Below are positions 42,885-57,848 of a DNA stretch of 64,000 bases, in pieces (the first letter of the stretch is position 1; every line of letters starts with the position of its first letter). The stretch covers positions 55,738,001 through 55,802,000 of the forward strand of contig OX597822.1 in assembly GCA_951406725.2 (NCBI GenBank). The letters are read 5' to 3'. Made by a program: the position numbers and the translations under genes. Source of the DNA: Octopus vulgaris (Eukaryota). The notes under the pieces are model-generated. The model ran no database searches and was not told where the DNA came from. It saw nothing but the letters and a program-made list of their open reading frames with translations.

Positions 42885-43055
42885 AAATAATTTATTGCAG
42901 TGACTTTTGTCAGCTAGAGAACGTATTAATTTAAATTCAAATTTAAAATGAGGGTGAGAAAATCTGAATTCAAGAATTGTATTTTAAACTTAGATTTAAA
43001 TTAATACGTTCTCAAACCGGTAAAAGCCACAGCAGTATTATTTTCCGGTAATTTA
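42885..43055. repeat. Imperfect palindrome
   Basis: GAGAACGTATTAATTTAAAT / ATTTAAATTAATACGTTCTC with flanking pairing. Confidence 0.7.
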
Positions 43056-43449
43056 GCGTGCCAAAACGATTACTTTTAAAAAATAACCACAAGTGTAATA
43101 GGTAGAACTACATACAGATCCGACTTCGTGCGGTCGTCCACGTATATAGTTCTGCATATTATATTTATATGGACGATTACACTGAAGATCTACGGACAAA
43201 TTGCATAAGTAAAATTACGCAATCTGTTAATAGTGAAACATGTATGTGAATAATCTATATTTTTGTTACTTTTCATTTGTCTTGATCGCTTACGTTCTGG
43301 TGTTTGCTGAATTTTTCTTGAGAACATTTCTTAGCGGTAAGACCATAGTGGATCTACTTCTAGCATAAGGGTTGTCCACATAGTGGTTATCTCTCTGATA
43401 TGTCTATGTCTATATATAGGTAATATAATACAATAATAATGTTTTTAGT

Positions 43450-45256
43450 GAGAGGATGCAAGTAATTTTGAGAAACAATTTTGCCAAAACGCGGCTCTAA
43501 ATCAGATAAACAAATACGTAACTCCTCATTTCTCATCAGTAATCGTTGCCGTTTTTTTTTTTTGCTTCATTTCCATATGTGCAGAAATACCTAATTTGCA
43601 AAGATATGATGATCCAAAGCGCAACAGAGATTTAACGGCTATAGTAGCTAATCGAGGTTTTTAGCTCCAAAACGAAATCCAAAATTCTGACAACTCTAAC
43701 ACAGAAAATGAGGCTTTATGCTCAGGATCGTTTTTCATGTCTATTAAATTTTCTTCTTCTGTTAATATTAATGACAGGTCTGTACTGTTGTATCTTGCGA
43801 AAATATTGAAGACCCACTCGTACATTTGATAATCAAGTGATAGAAAATATTTAGAAAATGATACAGAAATGTCTTCTACTGTCTTCTCCACTTCTGACAA
43901 AATTTTATATTTGTTTGGAAAAGGCTCTACGCTTGGGAAGCAATCAAGCTGCGAGTTTTTAACTTTCCTTATCCACAGTTCTAACTTGCCAGTGAAAGAC
44001 TTTAATTTGCCTATAACTGTAATAATATTTCCTTTCGCTCCTTGCAAACTCAAACTTAAAACGTTCAACTTCTCAACCACCAATTATCATCGCTGAGAAA
44101 TTCAAATCCAGAATTTTCAGCATCGAAGAAACATATTCTTTCAGTTCGTAAAGAAATAAATCAAGTGAATACTTTTCCTTTCGAGAGCCATCGCACTTCT
44201 GTATGAAGCACTTAAAATCAGAATCCATAATTTCACATAGTGATATAAAAAGTCTACATCGTAGGGAATGCGACTTTTGTAATTTACCCCCTTAACAATG
44301 TTGCCTGTGGTCTTCAGGAGACCATCAGGTAGAGATTTCGACACCAAAACATTGCAGTGAATCATGCAATGTACAATTTTAACTTGTGAATGTTCTTGTA
44401 ATACATGAGCCACGAAGCCTTTCTTTCGACCTTGCATGGATGGAGTGGCATCAGTGCAAACGCCAATACAAGTTTGCTACTACATTCCTCTCGACATGGT
44501 CTTAATTTGTTTGACGGCTTCATCACTAATCATTGTGCTAACGGCAATCTATAATGCTGGTAAAATAATGTTTTCGGTATCAGAATCTGTTCTTTTTTCT
44601 TTCTTTACCAAAAGCTGGGCAGTCTTGTATGTAGCGATTTGAGGTCTCTCAGGAATTAAGTAAAATTTCTGCAGCCTTTTTGATTGAATTTTAAAATTAT
44701 TTTTTAACATCTCAAAGTATTCTTTTGGTTTATCCTTATGTAGCAGATGATTTATTACATGACGAAGTTTACTGGGAACCATCGCTTTATTTGAGAGTTG
44801 TCTTTTTCTGATAATATTGGATGTAATTTTCATCATATTTTCGTTTTGATGAGGTAGAGTTTTTATTCTAGTATTCATCTTGTTTGCTATGATTCTCTTT
44901 CTCATTTTTCTGAGATCTCAGTAAAAATGCATCCATGTTTAAATCTAAAACTAAAAATCGATTAAACTTAACATAAAATAATTTATGTAAATTATAAATA
45001 AATCAAAAATTAAAAAAACTACAAGAACTACTAAACAATTTGCTTACAGATAATCCCGGCTTAAATGCAGAAATGTAGCATATTGTAGCAAAACTGCTGT
45101 TTGTCGTGTAATGTAATTAATTTATATTTACGCTAAAACTTTGCGAATGTTCTTGGATCATTGTTTCCCTAAAATCCCGAAAATATTTTCCGCGGCACTC
45201 TATGTATCTCTCGCGGCACACCACTGTGCCCTTGCACATAGTTTGGCAGACACTGT
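43450..45256 (-). mobile_element. hAT (Charlie/Buster, ZBED5/SCAND3-like) transposon, decayed
   Basis: MVPSKLRH..HKDKPKEYF, MQGRKKGFVAHV...VHCMIH, LNVLSLSLQG...KLELW and FGSSYLCKLGISA motifs. The 5' end is CAGTGTCTGCCAAACT...GTGGTGTGCCGCG at 45256. Confidence 0.85.
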
Positions 45257-45257
45257 A

Positions 45258-45562
45258 CTATAAGCACAATGCCTGAAATTTTGGGAGAGGAGGGTAGTCT
45301 ATTACATCAACTTTAGTGATCAAGTGGTACTTGTTTCATCGACACCAAAAGGATGAAAGAGAATGTCGACCTCACCTTATAATGAGAGCAATTTTGAGGA
45401 GTGGGAATTAGTCGATATCAGTATTCGACTGGTACTTTATTTTATCAATGTCAGAAGAGTGAACGATACATATGACCTAGCCGAGATTTAAACTCAGAAC
45501 GCTAAGAACCAGAAAGAATACCGTAAGGCATTTCCCCAACGTTCTAACGTTTCTACTAGTCC
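45258..45562 (-). mobile_element. Diverged SINE fragments (family 3)
   Basis: AAACTCAGAACG...ATACCG..AGGCATTT...AACGTTTCT matches 21900-21970. Confidence 0.55.
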
Positions 45563-46255
45563 AGAGAAAAGTGGTAAACAAAGCCAATTTTAAAACCTAG
45601 CTGTAGTAATGCTTTCCTCTCTTGATCGACTCATCTCAGCATCATTCCACTACACTTGAGGATGGTATAACATGTCACAGTATTCTGTTTGAAAGCATCT
45701 CAATTATTAGATCCTTTCCTTGTCTAGTGGAAATCAAGGAGAAAATGCGAGCGTGCACGCACAGGGGAGAGAGAAAGAGATAGAAAAAGAGAGAGAGAGA
45801 GAGGAAGAGAGAAAGAGAAAGGGAGAGAGATAAAAAGAGAGGGCGAGGAGAAGTGAAATAGACAAACATGACAACTGTAATAGATTACCCAATGGCACAA
45901 ATTACGGTCTAGTTAAATGACCAATTTGCAAAAACACGAGACTTCCCTTTATGTTAGTTTAGGTGTTGCAGCAGTGTTTGCAAATGCAAAATGGCGGTTT
46001 GAAGTTTAGCAATGTAGTATCATGTTTCTCGATTTTCAGCAAGAGGTCCCTTGTATTCTAATTAATTTTATATCATTAACGTTAGCATCACATTGATATG
46101 CTGTACTTTAAGGATGAAGTTACATGCCACAGAATTTGATGAAAAATATCGAGCTGGTTTCAATTAATTTTCACTGTTTCTATGTATACGTAAGTATTCA
46201 TACACATACATATATACACACACCCAACCACCCGTATATACACACACCCAACCAC

Positions 46256-46293
<38 letters not shown>

Positions 46294-46407
46294 TTGTGTG
46301 TGTATACGTATTTATTATTAAAATGTATAGCCATTTTCATTGACTGTTGGACTTGCCTCTCCATTTGTGGGATGAAAGTACTGGGCAAAATGATTTTAGA
46401 GATTATA

Positions 46408-46457
<50 letters not shown>

Positions 46458-46567
46458 AAACAATATAAATATTTCTAAATAATGTGAATATTTCTAAATA
46501 ATATGAATATTTCTAATCCTGTACCTAATTCACCAATGACTGTTTTTCCAGATTCATGAAATATTGG

Positions 46568-46623
<56 letters not shown>

Positions 46624-46767
46624 CGTGTTTCGTTCAGTTTCCGTCTACCAAATTTACTCACAAGGCTTTAGTCGGCCCTGGGCTATAGTAGAAGACACTT
46701 GCCCAAGCTGCCACGCAGTGAGACTGAACCCAGCGCCTATATATATATATATATATATATATGTATA

Positions 46768-46964
46768 AGGCGGTGAGCTGGCAGAACCTGTAGCTCCCCG
46801 GACTAAATGCTTAGCAGCGTTTCGCCAATCTTTACGTTCTGAATTCAAATTCTGCCGGAGGTCGACTTTACCTTAAATTAATATGCCAGTGAAACACTGG
46901 AATCGATGTAGTCGACTAGTCACCTACCACAAAATTTCAGGTCTTGTGCCTTTAGTAAAATGGA

Positions 46965-46968
<4 letters not shown>
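46768..46968 (+). mobile_element. SINE (family 3) with (ATT)n tail
   Basis: GGCGGTGAGCTGGCAGAA...TTCAAATTCTGCC..GGTCGACTTT; another copy is at 53884-54080. Confidence 0.75.
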
Positions 46969-47046
<78 letters not shown>

Positions 47047-47537
47047 CATTCAGTAGTATATTTTTTATAACGTGCTTTCACTTCACTACCGAGCGCAGCT
47101 CTGTGTGCCTTGGGTATGTGCTGTGATTTGTTGTGGTGCTCTGATGGTTACTGTATTGAAAGTGTTCTGCGTAGGATGTGTGCAGTGCCTAGTAGTGCAA
47201 TTTTCTGTATGTTATATGTGTTTGTAAGTCCTGGTGTTTTTGTTATGTATTTGTCTGAATATTTTTTTATCATGCCGAATGCACCTACTATGATAGGAAT
47301 TGTTTCTGTTTTTAGATTCCACATTCTAGTTACCTCTATTTCCAGGTCTTTGTATTTTGAAAGTTTCTCCATTTCTTTTAGAGACACGTTGTCATCTGCT
47401 GGTATTGATACATCAATTAGAAAGCATTTTTTTCTTCATGATCTCTGACACCTATATCTGGTCTGTTGGCCTTAATTTCTCTATCTGTGTGTATTGGCAT
47501 ATCCCAGAGTATGGTTGCTTTCTCGTTTTCTGTGACC
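47047..47537 (-). mobile_element. 3' end of an R4/Dong-like RLE non-LTR retrotransposon
   Basis: ILWDMPIHTDREIKANRPDI...LIDVSIP...KLSKYKDLEIEVTRMW...IVGAFG...QKIALLGTAHILRRTL (PD..D restriction-like endonuclease); flanked on both sides by (TAA)n. Confidence 0.88.
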
Positions 47538-47665
<128 letters not shown>

Positions 47666-49043
47666 GCTGGAATTCCCGGAGTCTTGCATGCGTACGCTAT
47701 CAGCAGCCTACAGTACCAAACTATCCGTTCTTTTTCAGCTATCTAATACTTTACTGATTATACTGGCCGTGCCAAGGAGGCAAAGCTCTTGTAACTGCTC
47801 TACAGGGCTCTCTTTTCCAGTTTCCTTGTTATTCCTCTTGGTGCCTTCTGATACTGTCCCTAAGGACCCAATAATATTTGGCATTATCTTCACCTTCTTC
47901 ATTTTCCATAATCGGGCTATTTCGTACTTAAGAGAGTTGTATTTATTTTTACGCCTTCCTTCTTGAATATTCGTGGGTCAAAGGGACATGCAAGATCAAC
48001 TAGATCGCACATGCAGTGCATCTTATCGGCCACCATTAGGTCCAGTCTGTTATATTCTAGCATCTGATTTGTTTGGTTTGGGAAATCCCAGAGGATTTTG
48101 CTAGTCCTCGACTCCGTCACTCTCTGTGGTTTGTGTCCGTACCATGTCTTGCCTGTTTCTAGCCCCTACTTGACGCACACCTTCCAATGTAGCACTTTCG
48201 CTACTTGATCGTGTTGCCATAACCTGTAGTGGTTTTGGACAAGTATAGGGCATTCGTTTGTGATATGGGCAATGATTTCATCCACTCTATTACAGATGCA
48301 GCAGAGCGGAGACATTTGTTCATTCCAAAGTTTGACTCTCATGTTCGTGGCCAAAGCTTGGTATTGTGCTGCCAATATAGTGTTCTCGATCTCTCTTTTT
48401 AGTGTCCCTTTCTTCAGCCAAGCACACCTATTTTTTCCAGCAACTTCCGTTGTGGCTACATGGAATTGATTTTGTAGTCCCTTGTTGCTTAATTCTTCTT
48501 CATGTACTTTTTTGTACTTTTTTCTTTGTTTTTTTTTCTTTTTCTCTTGCTAGTGTCCGAACAGACACTAGCAAGGTATCCTTACTTTGGGTCAGGTATC
48601 TCATTAAGCTCTCGAATTCGATACGTATGCAGTCTTCCACATCAGTCCTCTTCCTCCACTTTCTCTCTTCATGTACAGGCGATCAGTGTCTGCACGTGCA
48701 TCGTTAGGAGCTATCCTGTCCATTCCCTTTAGCTCCTCCTTTGCCCACCCCAGGATTCCTGAGCCACATCGAACTATTGCGACTGCGCGCGAATTTATTG
48801 TCAAAATTGTTTCTGGCATTCAGCTTTACAGCCAGTATTTTCCTCATTCGCTGCAGGTATTCTCTTTTTGTCTTTTCCTTCATGTCGTTGTGTTCAGTCC
48901 CCTCTGTATCAAGTATTCCCAGGTATTTATGGTTGGAATGAGGTTGAATTACCTTCACCATTTCACCACTTGGCAACCATATGCCTTCTGTCCTGACAAG
49001 CTGTCGATCGTAGCACATTTTGAGAGCCCAAACTCCATTTTAA

Positions 49044-51736
49044 TCGATTAATACCCAGCGTATGATTTATCATACGCTTTTTTGCTTCAGACGAAAATAT
49101 TCATATAAAATAATTTCATAAATTTAGGCATCAAAAACCGTTTTGAAGATAAAGAATAATAATTCATCTAGCAATATTTGGCATCAAAGTCATACTTTGA
49201 TCATTTATACATTGTGCTCTACTCACTTCTTTCAGTGTCAAATTTTGAAGTGAGGAAGAAGTGCTACCGGTGGTAAGTTTTTTATTTGTATGCTTTAAAT
49301 GTTTTGTAATATTTTATTTTGCTTTTCTTTATTTTATTAATCATACATTACTTTTGCAAACCAAACATGTCCTAGTAATCTACGTAAATAGAGTTTCGAC
49401 TTATTAATGTTTGCATGTGAGCGTATGATAAAACATATGCTGGGAATTCGTGTGTACATTTCATTCAAAAATGGTTTGGACTTACAATCGTTAATTCTCT
49501 TAATAACAAGCTAAAAACCTTAAAACAACTGTAAGTTAAAATATTTTGCTCTTAAATTTTCTATATCTAGTATTTATTTTCTTTATAAAAAGTCGCTTAT
49601 TTACTAGCAAACTAATGTTTGCATAAGTGCAAGTGAAATATATATATATATCTAATTCTTATTTCTAGCTCGTTAAATATGTCTAAAGAAAAACCTAATG
49701 GCGAAAGAGACACCGAAGAAATCCTAAATATAATCGAATCTGGTAATGTTAGTGAATATGTTGTGGAGGAAATTGATAATGCTGATGAGATTCAACTGGT
49801 ACTTTATCTACCAAATAATGGCGACGATTCAGCTAAAGATGATGCTTCAAGTGACTGCGAAGAATCTTCAACAAATTTTCAAGACATTGGTAGAGATATT
49901 CTTGCAGAGAAAGGTGAGATTAGAGCCTATAGTAAAACCGGTTTTGAGGTTCTCGATGTAGACAAGGGGTGACACCAAGCTCTGCTAAGAAGCACTGTTA
50001 AATGTTCGTGCACAAAGAAAAGTTCTCGCAAATGGAATAATAAACCATTGAAACATTCTTCTGCAAAGTATGATCGTGATTCCAGTGTAACTGAATCTTC
50101 GATTACAACAAAATTTAGGGACAAGTTTGAGCCAATTGACATCCTCAAGGAGTGCTTCTCTAAAGATATTATGAAAGGTATTTGCAGAGACCGTTAAATA
50201 TTGCCACACAAAAGAGAGATTTGCAGTTTACTTTGTCTGTTGAGGATCTTTACAAGTATTTTGGAATTATTCTATTGTCAGGCTACAATAAACTACCCTG
50301 CAGAAGTCTGTACTGGGAGACTAGATCCGATTCAAACAACCATTTAGTTAGTCATGCAGTGTCTAGAAATACGTTTGAGAAAATACATCAATATCTGCAT
50401 TTTGACAACAGTAAACTCGATCCTTGTGATAAAGTTTATAAGGTTAGGCCTCTTTTAGATCACCCAAATGGTAAATTTTGCCAGTTTGTAGAACCAATGG
50501 GTAACAATTTCTCGCTTGATGAAGCAATGGAACCTTATTATGGGCATCATGGTATGGAACAGTTATTAAGAGGCAAGCCCATGAGCTATAGTTTCAGGTT
50601 TTAGTGCCTTGCTAGATCAGATGGATTCTTAGTGAAATTCTATCCTTTCCACAGGTGCAGGAGACAAAAATTCAGGTAAAACACTTGGTTCATCAGGTAC
50701 CGAAAAATTATGTTTAAAATTTGTACCAGTAGGATCATGTATTTATATGGACAACTATTTCACTTCTCTATCTTTGATGAATGCCTTATCAAACAATGGT
50801 TTCTTTTGTGTTGGGACTATTCGAAATGATAGAACAGAAAAAGCATGGCTACAGGATGTAAGCAAAGCTGCGCGAAGCACTTGCTCTGCAGTTGAGGATA
50901 AGGAGAATGGAATCAATCTGCTAAAATAGCACGATAATAACCAAGTAAATCTTGTAACCAATTGGAAAGATGAGAAGGTTTTTGATGTTGGCAGCTGTAA
51001 ATGATGGAAAAAGTCTGAGAGAAATAGAGTACCTCAACCAAATATTGTGAAGCTATGTAACAAACAAGTGGTAGGTGTCGATCTATTTGACAGAGTGAGA
51101 GGTCATTATCGAATTAGAATATGATCAGGAAAATGGTATTGGCCATTGTTTAGATTTTGCCTCAATGGAAGCATTGTAAATTTATGGATTCTTTTCCACC
51201 GCATTCAGAGGAATATTTCTCTATTGGAATTTTACAAGGCAAACCGTTACTGCATTGCTTGCTGCACCAGATTTAGAAAAGAAAAGGGTGGTACGTCCTA
51301 AAACAAAAAAACAAGTTCCACAAGTGGCACGATTCGATAAGAGAGACCACCTTGTCAACAAAATTGAAACTCAAAGGCGATGCACAGCTTGTGGAAAATG
51401 CACCAAATTTGTTTGCATCAAATGCAATGTAGGCCTACATCCTGGCACGTGCCTTCTTAATTTTTATTAATAAATGGTATTCCTCTTAGAAATGTATTTA
51501 TTTCTCATTAGAAAATTTTTGGAAAACAATTAAATGAGATTAAATTTTTTTTTTTACTTCATCCTTATTTCAAGGTTTTAACCCCACATGCCCAGCGTAT
51601 CATGCGGGTTTAAAAATAACTTTATTATAATATTCACAAAATATTGTTGTGAACTTTTAAAATGCATAAAAGTATACAACGTATGTAAATGTAACAAACA
51701 AATTCAAAATTTGTTTTTATTTCAGCCATTAATGAG
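49044..51736 (+). mobile_element. piggyBac transposon (PGBD2/3-like), decayed
   Basis: TTAA TSDs at 49040-49043 and 51737-51740; excision restores the Dong RT frame SNDIKME. Subterminal AGCGTAT-containing repeats are at ~49054, 49420 and 51591. Confidence 0.9.
49679..51470 (+). pseudogene. piggyBac transposase with stops/frameshifts
   Basis: YKVRPLLD, SLDEAMEPYYG, MDNYFTS, VGTIRNDR, GVDLFD, KWYWPLF and C-terminal RRCTACGKCTKFVCIKCNVGLH. Confidence 0.9.
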
Positions 51737-53815
51737 TTAATATCATTGGAGAAAATCCGCATAGACGGGACTAGGCTGTCCACTTCTGCCTCACTTTTTG
51801 TGAATAACTTCAAGTTGTCCATGAATAACAAGTGGTTCAGTTTTCCTTTACCTCTTCTCAGGTCATACTCCAACTTTATTTTCTGTAGTATTTCATTCAA
51901 GAGGATCATTTCCAGCACAAAGCTCAGTGGGAACACACTGTCCGCCTGAAAGATTTCTCTCTTGATTTTCACCTCTCCTAATACTTGATTCCCCGCTGTC
52001 AATTCCGTTCTCCACCACCTCATACTGTTCCATATAATGCTTTTCATGTTTTCTGCTACTCCATACCTATCCATTGTTCTTATTATCCGGGAATGTGGTA
52101 TCGTATCGTATGCTTTTCGATAGTCAACCCATGCCATGCTCAGGTTTGTTTGTCTTCTCTTGCAGTTTCTGATAATTAGATTATCGATTAAGAGCTGATC
52201 CTTCGTTCCCCAGCTCCTCTTTCGACAACCTTTCCGTTCAATAGGCAGTAGCCCACTTTTTCTAAGTATCTAAACAGTTCACTGGCCAAAGCACCTGACA
52301 TTAGTTTCTACATTGGCGGATGATTCATTATTGGGCGAAAGTTGGATGCAACATTTCCCTTCTCAGGATCCTTGGCACATAGCAATGTCTTCCTCTTTAC
52401 CATTCAGCTGGGCACTGCGCTTTCCTGCAAGCAGTCATCTAGCTGTTTCACTATCCTTTCATGGAACCTTTCAGCTTCTTCATCCAATAACTTTGGACCC
52501 CATCCTGTCCTGGACTTTTCGAATTTGGGAATTTTCTTAAGTGCTTTTTTTAACATTTCTGTAGTTATCTTCATGTCTTTTTGGCCTTCTATATTTCTTA
52601 AACACTCTGCTTCATCATTATGCTCTACAGGTTGGTCCTAGATCCCTCTCCAGAATGCCCTACTTTCCTCTGCATCTGGTATCATTCTTACGTGTATTTG
52701 CCCATCTAGATCCTGAAACAGTTCCTTCTGATTTGCTTCAAACAATCTGATTTGCCTTAGTTGTTTTGTTCTATTGTCATATCTTTCCAATTCTGCATGT
52801 TCTTTCCAGCATTATTCTTATGCTTTCATCCTGTAATTCCCCTCTTCTCAATCTATCAACTTGTCCTAAATGTCTTTATAACTTTGTTTCTCACAAATTC
52901 GTCAACGCCAGTAAGGTCTTTACTTACTGTTTATCCTCTTACTGTTTATCCAACTCTATCTGCAGTAATCATAGCTGCAGCCCAAATAATCTTGTTAGTT
53001 TCAGTTATATTTCTGGTCTGGGATATCCCAAGGGTCGAATCTATCTTTTCGGTTTCAACTTCGATCAATGTACCTCAGATTGGGAGGCGCTTGATCCTGG
53101 TCTTCTCTAATATGTCGGCACAGCATCCTTCACTATGTCTTGTTGGTCATCATCGTATTCTTGTGATATAGCTTTTCCCATTAATTCTACTTCATTTGCT
53201 GAGAATGCATTTACATTTTCAATTTGCTCTACATTTTCATTGCCGCCATTCATTTCTCTGTACTCGCTGGGCACGTTATCTGTTGGTGAAGTATTACTTC
53301 TATTTTCTACTACCCCTTTTTTATATCCTCAATTTCCATGTCTGTTAACCCCCCTTTTGCTCTTATTGCTCTTGCTTGAACTGTTGCACACTTATTTTGA
53401 AAATCCTATTTCATTCCATTTTGCTTTCATGCGTTGTTGGAATTCGCTTCTACTAGGTTCACTCCTATACTTATCATCATTATTATTGTATTAAAACTCA
53501 GCTTATTTTGCTGGGTATGATGGAAAGTGTCAGCTGTCTTCAGCCAGCAGACTAAAGTGACCCATGTTTTACTGGTCATGCTTCAAGAACTCTGCGAAAA
53601 ATTCTTGCCGTTGCACCGATCTCTTTCAGCCATGTTGGCAGTTGAGTGCTGATACTGGTTAAGGCCAAGCAACTGACAAGCAAGTGTATTGTAATGAGAA
53701 GAATATTTACTGTAGCCCATCTTTTATAACAAGACAAAACGTGTACGTGATAACAATTCTAATCAATTAAGATCAAAAGCCACGAGAGCCCATGCCTGGT
53801 ACTACACCAGGGCAT

Positions 53816-53884
<69 letters not shown>

Positions 53885-54155
53885 GCTGGTAGAATCGTTA
53901 GCACGTCGGGTAAAATGCTTAGCGGCATTTCGTTCATCTTTACGTTCTGCGTTCAAATTCTGCGTAGGTCGACATTGCGGTTCATCCTTTTGAGTTCGAT
54001 GAAAATAAATACCTGTCAAGCACTGGGATCGATGTAATCGATTAGCTCCCGCGACAGTCTTAGGCCTTGTGTCTATAAGTAGAAATTATTACCGTTATTG
54101 TTACAGAGAAGCATACATGCGTGCACGTGAGCATTCACAAACACATACGCACGTG

Positions 54156-54207
<52 letters not shown>

Positions 54208-54292
54208 TGTATGGGTGTATGTATATGTATGTAGAGAACAAGACAGAAAGATAAGACGGAGGACCGAGACGAACAGAAACAATAGCGAGGAT

Positions 54293-54331
<39 letters not shown>

Positions 54332-54832
54332 AGGAGAGACGGTGAGAGAGGGAGGGCAGAGAAAGGCGGGGGACGAGAGAGAGAGATTGCTACACATATT
54401 ACAAATGGAAGCAAGTTTAGGAAAACGTTTATAACATCTTCCGAAGATAATTGAAATCCAGTCATTGTTCATTGTGTTACGCTCTTTGGATAGATGAATA
54501 GCTTCAAGCATGCAATTATTTACTATGATATACCTCAAATACATGCTCCCGGCGCAAAGAAATGATCGATTTGTTTTGGAGACTGCGATTTCAACATGAT
54601 TTTACTAATAAAATTTGCCTCGTTATCACGATTAATGACTCGCTCTGTATTGTTTGACGGTCTAGTGAACAGGGTTGTCAGCTCAGCGGCCAGGTTGTTC
54701 TTGAAGACTGTTATGAGCGATGAACACTTCTAAAAGAGAACGCGCGTTATGTAGCATGGAGTGACCTCGGATGTAATGATTCTGCACACACACGGGCGCG
54801 CGTGCGCATTATAGTTACATCCGTTATATATA

Positions 54833-55177
54833 CTCTTTACTCTTTTACTTGTTTCAGTCATTTGACTGTGGTCATGCTGGAGCACCGCCTTTAGTCGAGC
54901 ACATCGACCCCCAGGACTTATTCTTTGTAAGCCTAGTACTTATTCCATCTGTTTCTTTTGCAGAACCGCTAAGTTACGGGGACGTAAACACACCAGCATC
55001 GGTTGTCAAGCGATGTTGGGGGGGGGGGGTCAAACACAGACACTCAAACATATATACACATAATACATGTATATATATATATACAGTTTCCGTCTACCAA
55101 ATCCACTCACAAGGCTTTGGTTGGCCTGAGGTTATAGTAGAAGGTGCCACGCAGTGGGGCTGAACCCGGAACCATGT
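54833..55177 (-). mobile_element. tRNA-derived SINE (family 1), head-truncated
   Basis: Reverse complement of the 38165-38610 type; followed by a family 3 fragment at 55186-55300. Confidence 0.85.
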
Positions 55178-55313
55178 ATATATATATTTCTTTATTGCCC
55201 ACAACGGGCTAAACATATAGGAGACAAGGAGAGACAGACAAAAGGATTAAGTCGATTACATCGACCCCAGTGCGTAACCGGTACTTATTTAATGGACCCT
55301 AATATATATATAT

Positions 55314-55488
55314 AAACAATTGCAGCGTGGAAGGTGTTTGTAAGCCATTTAAGAAACACACAAAAGCCGTCCGATTCACTTCAACATTTAAGTTTAATTT
55401 GTCAAAATATTTAAATGTTGAAGTGAATCGAACGGCTTTTGTATGTTTCTTAAATGGCCTACAAACACCTTCCACGCTGCAATTGTTT
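55314..55488. repeat. Hairpin with ~76-bp arms next to a TA tract
   Basis: AAACAATTGCAGCGTGGAAGG...CTTCAACATTTAA / TTAAATGTTGAAG...CCTTCCACGCTGCAATTGTTT. Confidence 0.9.
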
Positions 55489-55542
55489 TCGTTTCAGCAC
55501 ACGATCTCAGATCAAATTACTTGCTATGCGAGTACATCTCCG

Positions 55543-55619
<77 letters not shown>

Positions 55620-55622
<3 letters not shown>

Positions 55623-56180
55623 AATAAATCTCTGAGCGATAAACAGTAGCAGCACGGAATCGTGACGTATAATTCCCACCTAAATGTGGCGGACCTATAG
55701 GGGACGATGCTACTCTTGTTTTTAGCTCCAGGAAGACAGCGACAGTTTGTCACTGGAAAAAGCATACAGTATTTTGTGTTTGGAATGAGTTTTCATCGCT
55801 AGTTGGTGGTTATCACATACTAAAGATGGATTACTTCTCAGAAACCCGGGTTTGTGTGTACCACGTAAAGCTAGAGATGGGAACGATGATTTCCCTTCGC
55901 AAATACTAATCAGTCACAGACAGTATATCGTTTGCCTGCTGGAGGAAATGTCTTTCTGGAGCTATAAGCAACAGTAGCATCGTCCCTTATAGGTCCGCTA
56001 CACTTAGGTGGCAAATATACTTCACTATTATTTGCTGCTACTGCTTACGTCTCGCTCAGAAATTTATTATTGATTGTTTCTCTTTTTCGAGGTCAGTAAC
56101 AGTTTGTCACTGGAAAAAGCATGCAGTATTTTGCGTTTGGAATGAGGTTTCATCACTAGCTGGTGTGGTGATTATCACTC
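55620..56180. repeat. Mixed inverted + direct repeat block
   Basis: 55620-55738 is inverted at 55948-56070, and 55742-55815 is directly repeated at 56099-56180. Confidence 0.8.
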
Positions 56181-56443
56181 TTCTGAAGTGGTTGTGTTTT
56201 GATTTCGCTCCCATATGAGTCGTTGTTTTGTTTAACTGAATTGCTGAATTGTTGAAATTGTGATTGTTGAATTTGTAATTTATTGAAGTCGTTGAAAGTT
56301 TTGTTAGGTTTCCCCATTATGGACGAAGCAGTGAATAGCGGAAGTATGCAGACCCAGACAGGCAGTTATGCTGTGGTAACGAGCAGAAACCTGGCAGTGG
56401 AGCTAGTCCAGAGTTCATTGTATTAAGTTACAAAAGGCTATTA

Positions 56444-56558
<115 letters not shown>

Positions 56559-56671
56559 CAGTAAAAGAATATGTGCATTCCGCCATTCACAATACATATT
56601 AGATGGAAAATATCCCATAGAATGCAGCAACAGCATAATATAATAATATAATAACATAATAATATAATATA

Positions 56672-56873
56672 ATACAATACATTATAGCTCAACAAACACA
56701 TACATAATGAAAAAATATTCATTTACATCATAGAAAAAACGAAAAGTGTGCATGCGTATACATACATACAAATCAGAACTCTGATTTGTATGTATGTATA
56801 CGCATGCACACTTTTCATTTTTCTATGATATAAATGAATACTTTTTCATTATATGTTTGTTGAGCTATAATGT

Positions 56874-56882
<9 letters not shown>
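56672..56882. repeat. Palindrome with ~105-bp arms
   Basis: Centre ...CAAATCAGA-AC-TCTGATTTG... at ~56779; abuts (TA)n. Confidence 0.9.
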
Positions 56883-56910
<28 letters not shown>

Positions 56911-57200
56911 AGAGAGAGAGAGAGAGAGAGACTAACTGTGCTTAATTGGGCAGAACAAACCATCCTTGACTAAATAAATGAATAATTATATATGGTGTGG
57001 TGGTTGTCATTGCCACTGGACAATTTCTGATAGGTGATAGACTGATAGGTGTAGATTCTTTGAACATTTTGGCACTTTATCTCAAGTCACACCATCATAA
57101 TCATTATCATCACCATAGTCAAAGTGCGAGAGTGGACAAAACACTCACGCTCATAAATGAGATGGTGTAATTATGCTTTGTAGGACAAACAAACTGAATA

Positions 57201-57284
<84 letters not shown>

Positions 57285-57333
57285 CATACATACATACATA
57301 TATATATATATATACACACATATATATATATAC

Positions 57334-57372
<39 letters not shown>

Positions 57373-57794
57373 AAGTAATTAAGGGTTTAGCAACGATTTG
57401 CCTCACCACACACCGAATTTAGAAATAGCATTAAAGAAGATATCACCACCAAGATGCTGTCTATAATATAGAATGATGTACATAGACAATATAGCACACT
57501 TGAATACAAAACAAGATATTTTAATTTATCTTTATAAAATGGAACTAACATAAGGCTCAATGAAAATTCACAAGCATAAATAATTCGTGGCTGTTTTTTT
57601 CTTGTGGTCGAAAGCACCGGAAAGAACATCTTACGAAGAATATTAAAAAAAACCCGGCCTCATAAATCACTTCACCGACTGTTTACGACTTTATGTGCAA
57701 GTTCCAATTCATCACACTGGCCAAATGGACGAGTCTGCTTTACACACACGCACACACACACATGCGCGCGCGCGTATGCATGCGTGTGTGTTTG

Positions 57795-57848
<54 letters not shown>

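Noticed and set aside
43533-43540. CTGATGA matches inside hAT, Tc1 and piggyBac remnants (also 24237, 50691)
   Set aside because: Chance heptamers within transposase coding sequence, lacking paired stems and the second core half.
53490-53815. 5' UTR of the Dong element
   Set aside because: It ends in a hairpin plus (ATT)n on the plus strand and may be a separate repeat; the assignment cannot be supported.
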